A stretch of 64,000 nt of DNA from Macrostomum lignano. Lineage: Eukaryota. Every line of letters starts with the position of its first letter. Positions within the stretch are counted from its first letter, which is position 1. This document shows, one piece after another, positions 56,358 to 64,000 of the stretch. Location: positions 186,001 to 250,000 of the forward strand of contig NIVC01001187.1 of NCBI GenBank assembly GCA_002269645.1. The letters are read 5' to 3'. The notes beneath the pieces were generated by a model. The model had not been told where the DNA came from and made no database searches. It worked only from the letters and a program-made list of their open reading frames with translations. Made by a program: the position numbers and the translations under genes.

Positions 56358-59300
56358 ATGAACAGTAAGCAGCAGCCAAGCCAGATGCAGCAGCAGTCAA
56401 CTCCAAAGCCGCTGCTACAGCCGCCCTTGCTCCAGCAGCAGCAGCAGGAGCGCTGCGCCCGCGACGTGCCGGGCATGGAGTCCGCGGCCGACGCCCTGCT
56501 GGACGCGGTGACCCGGGGCAAAAGCCATCTGGTAAAGTTTCTGCTGGAGGCCTGCGAAAAAGAAGTAGAAGTGGCCACGAACTTTCGCGACTTCAAAGGC
56601 AAAACGCCGCTCATCAGGGCCGTGTACATCACCGTAAGCGCCCGGCCTTGCTTCCCTCATTTTTTTCTGCGGCTCAGAGAGCTTTTTAGCTAATTAATTA
56701 CTGTCACGGCCGTCGGCTCCGCCCGGACCACCCAGACTGCGCAGGGAGACAGAGTGGGCTGCCACACCGTGCCCGTGTTCGCGGTTTAGCAGCGGTGCTT
56801 ACCTCGCGAACTAGGGATGGAATTTTTTAATCAGACTGGGAATTCGGGATTCTGAAATTTCCAAGGCGAGAATGCTGATAGGGATAGTGTAGCGTTGGGA
56901 TTAAGGCGTGGAATTAAGGCTTTGATTAGCACTGAAATTTGTGTGGGAGGCTGGCTAGGCCCTTAATCGGCTGTAATTACTGCAGGACTAGGATTTGCGT
57001 TTCGCTTCAGGGTTTTTATAAGGGCTCTAGACAAGGCTGTAGTAAAGGTTATAGTCAAGGCTGTATAGTCAAGGCTGTATTGTCAAGGCTGTATTGTCAA
57101 GGCTGTATTGTCAAGGCTGTATAGCCAAGGCTGTATTGTCAAGGCTGTAGCCAAGGCTGTAATCAAGGCTGTATAGTCAAGGCTGTAATCAAGGCTGTAG
57201 CCAAGGCTGTAATCAAGGCTGTATAGTCAAGGCTGTAGCCAAGGCTGTAATCAAGGCTGTATAGTCAAGGCTGTAATCAAGGCTGTATAGTCAAGGCTGT
57301 AGCCAAGGCTGTAATCAAGGCTGTATTGTAGCCAAGGCTGTATAGTCAAGGCTGTAGCCAAGTCTGTAATCAAGGCTGTATAGTCAAGGCTGTAGCCAAG
57401 GCTGTAATCAAGGTTGTATAGTCAAGGCTGTAGCCAAGGCTGTAATCAAGGTTGTATAGTCAAGGCTGTAGCCAAGGCTGTAATCAAGGCTGTAATCAAG
57501 GCTTTAATCAAGGCTGTATAGTCAAGGCTATAGTCAATACTGAATACTGTAGTCAGAGGCTCGTTCGCATTGACATAGAATGAAACAGCAATGTACAGGT
57601 GACGTACAAGCCGTGTGTTTACTAAACTTGGCCTCAGTTGATGGCGTTGTTAACATGCCTTTAATTGTCAAAAAAATTTTTTTGTAAAAGGGTGTGAAGC
57701 ACCTTTTGATGCATTGTCCCACAACAGCGCTGAGGCAATTCAGCCCATTCCGCTGACTGTGATAGGGTTAATGTTGGGATGTGATAGGGTTAATGTAGGG
57801 ATGTGATAGGGTTAGTGTAGGGATGTGATAGGGTTAGTGTAGGGATGTGATAGGGTTAGTGTAGGGATGTGATAGGGTTAATGTAGGGATGTGATAGGGT
57901 TAATGTAGGTCTGTGATAGGGTTAGTGTAGGGATGTGATAGGGTTAGTGTAGATCTGTGATAGGGTTAGGGTAGGGCTCTGGTAGGATTAGTGTAGGGCT
58001 CTGGTAGGGGCTAAGCCCCAGGAACAGTTTCCAGACCAATGCACGCAGAGCCGGTGCACCCACAGGAAGAGAAGTGCCGGCAGAGGATCATGGAGATGCT
58101 GCTGCGCCATGGCGCCGACCCGAACTCGCAGGACGACTCGGGCAGGACGGCTCTGAGCTACGCCTGCGAGCTGCGGCGCAACGACGTGGTCCGGATGCTG
58201 GTCAAGCACAACGTGGACCCGGAGCTGCCCGACAAAGACGGTGGGATGCTTTGGGATGCTTTATGGCAACCACTTAGCAACTGGAATTATTCATTTTTGC
58301 GACGTTTTTGTTTGCTGCTCTCGTCCTGTCACCTGTCATCGCCTCCGAAACTCTTTACCTTCCACTGGTCTCCTTGGCTCTCCTGTTGCAATTGCAATTC
58401 GCCCTCTTCCAGTTCCGAATTTTACTAGAGCTTTTCCTCTCCTCTCTAATTTTCTGCCGCATTGCTGCAGAGCCGGGCAAGCAGCTACCGGCTGCTCCCC
58501 TGGGCAGAAGAGCTCCGATGAGGGGGAGGCGGTGGTGCGAAACAAGCAGTTTCTTGGGAAGAACTTCGAGTTCGGCCGGATTAAGGATGGCGGCAGCCCG
58601 GCTCGGTCTCTCTGAGCTCCTCTCCCGGGAAACAGCAAACTTGAGCACTCGCCTCTCCCGCCCTGGCCTGCAGCAACTTCCTTCTCAGGTGGGGGGAGGG
58701 GGAGATCCCCGAGGCCGGCTGCAGCCTGCTGCCTGGACTCTACGCCGGGTCTGCGAGCTGAGTCTCCTCTCTTCGGTCTCCATGGCAACTCCCCTGGCTT
58801 CCTTTTGCTTCTCCGACTCCCGATCAGCTTTCTTACCTTACTGCTCCTAGAAGCAGAGGCTGTGGCTCCGTCACGCACAGGGCCAGCTGCAGGAAGTCAC
58901 TTTGCCGCAATTAGCAGCCCGAGCTCCCATGGCTGATGGCACTCCGCGGCTCTTGAGTAGAGCCGATCTTTCTCCGGGCACCAGTTTCTGCTCCGCTCTT
59001 TTCTTTGGAGGAAAAAAGAAAAGTGGGGAAGGTGCTCTGTCTGATCTTCCCTATTCATTTTCGCTGCCCTCTTTGAGGCCGTCTTTTTTCGTAATCAAGA
59101 AAATTAGCTGGGACTAAATTTATCTGTTTACGATTCTGGACAGGTGCACATCAACTCTCTGTACGCTCTCTGTAAATACGATCGGTATGCCTCTGTATCT
59201 GTCTGTGTCCTTAGATTTCTGTCTGTGTCCTTAGATTTCTGTCTGTGTCCTTAGATTTCTGTCTGTGTCCTTAGATTTCTGTCTGTGTCCGTAGATTTCT

Positions 59301-60209
59301 GTCTGTGTCCTTAGATTTCTGTCTGTGTCCTTAGATTTCTGTCTGTGTCCGTAGATTTCTGTCTGTGTCCTTAGATTTCTGTCTGTGTCCTTAGATTTCT
59401 GTCTGTGTCCTTAGATTTCTGTCTGTGTCCTTAGATTTCTGTCTGTGTCGGTAGCTTTCTGTCTGTGTCCTTAGATTTCTGTCTGTCGGTAGATTTCTGC
59501 CTGTGTCCGCAGATTTCTGTCTGTGTCGGTAGATTTCTAGCGATGTCCCTCCGTCTGGCCTCTGTGGGTCTGCTTTTACTGCAGGCCTGTTACTTAAGAG
59601 GCTGCAGTAAAATGAACCCGCAATTTCATTTGGATTGGTGCCATTATCGACCCGGCCGCAGGCAACACTCCGCTGATGCACTGCGCCCGCGTCGGAAACG
59701 ACTCCGGCATTGTGGTGCTGCTGAAGTGCTTCCGCCGGCTGGGCCTCGACCCGGACAGGTGCAACAGGGCTGGCTGCACCGCTCTGCTCATCGCCGCCCG
59801 CGGCGGGTTCCTCGAATGCGCCGGCCTGCTGGCCAGCGAGGGCCGCGCCTCGGTGACCCGGGCTGACCCCGAGTTCGGGCGCAACCCCGAGCAATGGGCC
59901 CGGGCGCAGGGCTGCACCACGCCGGAGGTGGCGCCGTTCAGCGCCGACAGGCAGACGGCGGCCAGGCGAGGCCGGGGCGAACCCCTGCCGCTCGACGCCA
60001 GCGGCAGCTGCAGCGAAGTGGACGACGATGACGACGACGATAGCGGATCATCGGCTTCGTCCGGCCCGACCGAGCGGGAGGCCCTCGGCGAGGTGCGGGC
60101 TTCCAGGAGCTCCACCCTGACCACGCGGGTTGGCAGCGTCGGCCGGGACGACGACTTCAGGAGCTCAGGAGAGGAGAACGGGCGGGCGAGAAGCGGCAGA
60201 TCGAACTAG
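56358..60209 (+). CDS. ANKRD63: Ankyrin repeat protein, ANKRD63-like, join(56358..56633, 58066..58240, 59662..60209), about 332 aa
   Basis: LLDAVTRGKSHLVKFLL..GKTPLIRA, LLRHGADPNSQDDSGRTALSYAC, GNTPLMHCA..FRRLGLDPDRCNRAGCTALLIAA; phases 0 and 1 are consistent. Confidence 0.8.
57030..57535. repeat. Minisatellite, 11-14-bp units around CAAGGCTGTA
   Basis: ANKRD63 intron 1. Confidence 0.9.
57765..58010. repeat. Minisatellite, 22-bp unit GTGATAGGGTTAGTGTAGGGAT
   Basis: About 10 units ending near the exon 2 acceptor. Confidence 0.9.
59195..59540. repeat. Minisatellite, 20-bp unit GTCTGTGTCCTTAGATTTCT
   Basis: ANKRD63 intron 2. Confidence 0.92.
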
Positions 60210-61170
60210 GGCTTGGGATTCAGGGAGAGTGGGGCTTGGGATTCAGGGAGAGTGGGGCTTGGGATTCAGAGAGAGTGCAGGGGCTTGGGATTCAGGGAGA
60301 GTGGGACTTGGGATTCAGGGAGAGTGCAGGGGCTTGGGATTCAGGGAGAGTGGGGCTTGGGATTCAGGGAGAGTGGGGCTTGGGATTCAGGGAGAGTGGG
60401 GCTTGGGATTCAGAGAGAGTGCAGGGGCTTGGGATTCAGGGAGAGTGGGACTTGGGATTCAGGGAGAGTGCAGGGGCTTGGGATTCAGAGAGAGTGCAGG
60501 GGCTTGGGATTCAGGGAGAGTGGGACTTGGGATTCAGGGAGAGTGCAGGGGCTTGGGATTCAGAGAGAGTGCAGGGGCTTGGGATTCAGGGAGAGTGGGG
60601 CTTGGGATTCAGGGAGAGTGGGGCTTCGGATTCAGGGAGAGTGCAGGGGCTTGGGATTCAGGGAGAGTGGGGCTTGGGATTCAGAGAGAGTGCAGGGGCT
60701 TGGGATTCAGGGAGAGTGGGACTTGGGATTCAGGGAGAGTGCAGGGGCTTGGGATTCAGGGAGAGTGCAGGGGCTTGGGATTCAGAGAGAGTGCAGGGGC
60801 TTGGGATTCAGGGAGAGTGGGGCTTGGGATTCAGGGAGAGTGGGGCTTGGGATTCAGAGAGAGTGCAGGGACTTGGGATTCAGGGAGAGTGCAGGGGCTT
60901 GGGATTCAGGGAGAGTGGGACTTGGGATTCAGGGAGAGTGCAGGGGCTTGGGATTCAGGGAGAGTGGGGCTTGGGATTCAGGGAGAGTGCAGGGGCTTGG
61001 GATTCAGAGAGAGTGCAGGGGCTTGGGATTCAGAGAGAGTGCAGGGGCTTGGGATTCAGAGAGAGTGCAGGGGCTTGGGATTCAGGGAGAGTGGGACTTG
61101 GGATTCAGGGAGAGTGAGGCTTGGTATTGAGGGAGCTTGGGATTCAGGGAGAGTGGGGCTTAGGATTTAG
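60210..61170. repeat. G-rich minisatellite, 23/26-bp unit GGGGCTTGGGATTCAGGGAGAGT(GCA)
   Basis: Begins immediately after the ANKRD63 stop codon. Confidence 0.95.
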
Positions 61171-62539
61171 GGAGTGATCGAAGTTAGTATTTAGGAAGAG
61201 TTAGTTTTTGCAGACACATCAGCATCTTTAGTAAACTTTTTAGTAAAGTTTTAAGTCAGACTTTTGCTTCAATACCCCATGCCATAGATAAAATATAGCA
61301 GCTTAAGCTTCAAATTTCTGAGCTTTCGCTTAATATTCACTTAATTTGTGTCCAATATGTGTTGTCGGATGCACCACACAGCACCCAACCTTATCGCAAA
61401 TGTTTTCAGAACTAATTGTACTTTTTTGTCCATCTGCAGACAAATTTTCCCAGTTTACATTTAATTTCCCAGAGTTACATTTAATAAACAGATTAAATTA
61501 TACGCTCATCTCCTGTCCGTAAATATATTGTTAATTACAATAACAATACATCACACCAGCAATGTTGTGCTGCCTTAAAAACTAATGGAGCGGATCTTTG
61601 CAAAGTCTTTGCTTCCCTGTCAGTTTTCATGGGATCCGGGCTGAACTGCAGTTACGCTCGTACTACAGGAAGCCCTGCTGCTCATCTTGCAGGGCCACTT
61701 AGACAGGGGCAAAATGCGAACCCGTCAATAGCGTGATCTGCCTGCTGCTGTGCGACCCCGGGGCGCCCGCAACCGCGGGTTTTAAAAAGATAATTGATTT
61801 TATACAGCCAATCTCAATGTTATCATAGATGTACATGCATGTTAAGCATGCAATAAGTAAAATTTGAAAATCCCCGCCTCTTGTTCAACCTCAAGAGTGC
61901 AAGACAACAAAAGGTTGGCCAATAGACGAGTATGGTAAAATTACAAAACGTTTTGACATGCTGAACATGACAAGCTTATAATAGGTGACAATTTCAATTT
62001 CCAAATCGTTTTGTAAAACCCATGCTAGCATTTCAAGTCGTTTTGGCGCAGCTTTACCACTCAATATAAGAACAGATTTGCAAAGCAGTTTGGGCTAATT
62101 CGAACATTCCAGTCGTTCACAGTGAACACAATCCGGAAACTTTTGCAACAAGACTCTTATTTGACCATCTGACCAGCATTCACACGGCATGAAGGTTCAA
62201 GCCACAGCATCCATGGTTGAGCAGCTCCATTCCAAATCGAAGCGTGTGGCTCGAAATCAAGGCCAGTAACAGTTGTAGCCAAATTGGCACAGCCCTACAT
62301 GTATTGAGCCATGCCTGCTTCAAGTTGCAACTTACGATGCTATACCTGGCCCACCCTTCTGTATGTAAAATTCAATCATCAAAATGATTCAGTTCACTAA
62401 TATTCATCACGTATTGCGATACGTGTTGCAAAAAACTGGATGACAACTCGGCATCGGATGCAGGATTGACAGGTCATGTGATGGCATTAAGCTTGCATCT
62501 AAGGTTATGAACTTTGAGCATTGGATTAAGAATACGGTA

Positions 62540-63300
62540 TGGGGAATGGGTTATGGGTATGGGATGGGACATGGGTATGGAGCATGGTTATGGGATTGAG
62601 CATGGTTAAGGGATGGGGCATGGGTATGGGATAGGGCATGGGTATGTGTTGGGTATTGGATAGGGCATGGGTATGTGTTGGGTATGGGACTGGGCATGGG
62701 TATGTGTTGGGTATGGGATAGGGCATGGTTATGGGATGGGGCATAGTTATGGGATGGGTATGGGATGGGGCATGGTTATGGGATGGGGCATAGTTATGGG
62801 ATGGGTATGGGATGGGGCATGGTTATAGGATGGGGCATGGGTATGGGATAGGGCATGGGTATGTGTTGGGTATGGGATAGGGCATGGGTATGTGTTGGGT
62901 ATGGGATAGGGCATGGTTATGGGATGGGGCATAGTTATGGGATGGGTATGGGATGGGGCATGGTTATGGGATGGGGCATAGTTATGGGATGGGTATGGGA
63001 TGGGGCATGGTTATAGGATGGGGCATGGGTATGGGATAGGGCATGGGTATGTGTTGGGTATGGGATAGGGCATGGGTATGTGTTGGGTATGGGATAGGGC
63101 ATGGGTATGTGTTGGGTATGGGATAGGGCATGGGTATGTGTTGGGTATGGGATAGGGCATGGTTATGGGATGGGGCATAGTTATGGGATGGGTATGGGAT
63201 GGGGCATGGTTATAGGATGGGTATGGGATGGGGCATAGTTATGGGATGGGTATGGGATGGGGCATGGTTATAGGATGGGTATGGGATGGGGCATGGGTAG
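62540..63300. repeat. G-rich composite minisatellite (GGGATGGGGCATGGTTAT and GGGATAGGGCATGGGTATGTGTTGGGTAT)
   Basis: Visible periodicity. Confidence 0.9.
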
Positions 63301-63684
63301 GTATGGCTCTAATATATGATACGGAGCAAGAGTTACAGTAGACCACATAATATTCATATCCATAGGGACCACATCCGATACGGGTTGATGATTATCTTAT
63401 CCTATACGCGCCAGATCTTACTGAATTTCCAATTCAAGCTGCAGGTTGCACAATTAAGACGAGTCTTAAGCCGATCCAGGCGACGCTACGCTACTGTATA
63501 CTTAGTCAAGTAGTACATGTATAAAAATAAACAAACAATAGAAGGCGATTTCTGCAATATCATTTTCTACACATCCAGTGATCTTTATTTTTGATTCAAT
63601 AAGCCCAATCAGCTGCAGGCAGCTGCTAAAATCTTGCACTGTAACTATTCAAGCACAGAGTCTATCAGACAGCTTTTCAATTGA

Positions 63685-64000
<316 letters not shown>

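Noticed and set aside
52820-58010. Interstitial telomeric repeats (CCCTAA / GGGTTA)
   Set aside because: Only isolated hexamers occur inside longer units; there are no tandem (TTAGGG)n runs.
62000-62480. Moderately GC-rich stretch that might be an exon
   Set aside because: The frames I translated gave no recognisable protein.

Overview
Eukaryotic (animal) genomic DNA with GT-AG introns. GC-rich exons alternate with AT-rich spacers, and roughly two dozen unrelated tandem arrays occupy introns and intergenic gaps. This organisation suggests a free-living flatworm such as Macrostomum (inference, not verified). Genes I could assemble by hand on the minus strand: a double-RING protein (with a 1-nt frameshift), MRPL33, UBXN7, MPV17L2-like, two tandem RPS2 copies, NAF1, HAGH/glyoxalase II (9-kb intron) and a partial UBA52. 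On the plus strand: an M6/proteolipid-family gene, a Mab-21/MiD-like pseudo-nucleotidyltransferase, a Y-box protein and an ANKRD63-like gene. Mobile DNA includes three RTE-type LINE copies or fragments, a tRNA-derived SINE, a MULE transposase fossil, five MITEs with exact target-site duplications and one with TIRs only. Most long ORFs in the track are artefacts of repeats. Leading hypotheses: (1) co-oriented housekeeping genes, most with an orphan splice acceptor just before the ATG, form SL-trans-spliced operons; (2) one minisatellite visibly arose inside a MITE whose unexpanded relative lies 4 kb away; (3) the Mab-21-fold protein is catalytically dead and MiD49/51-like.
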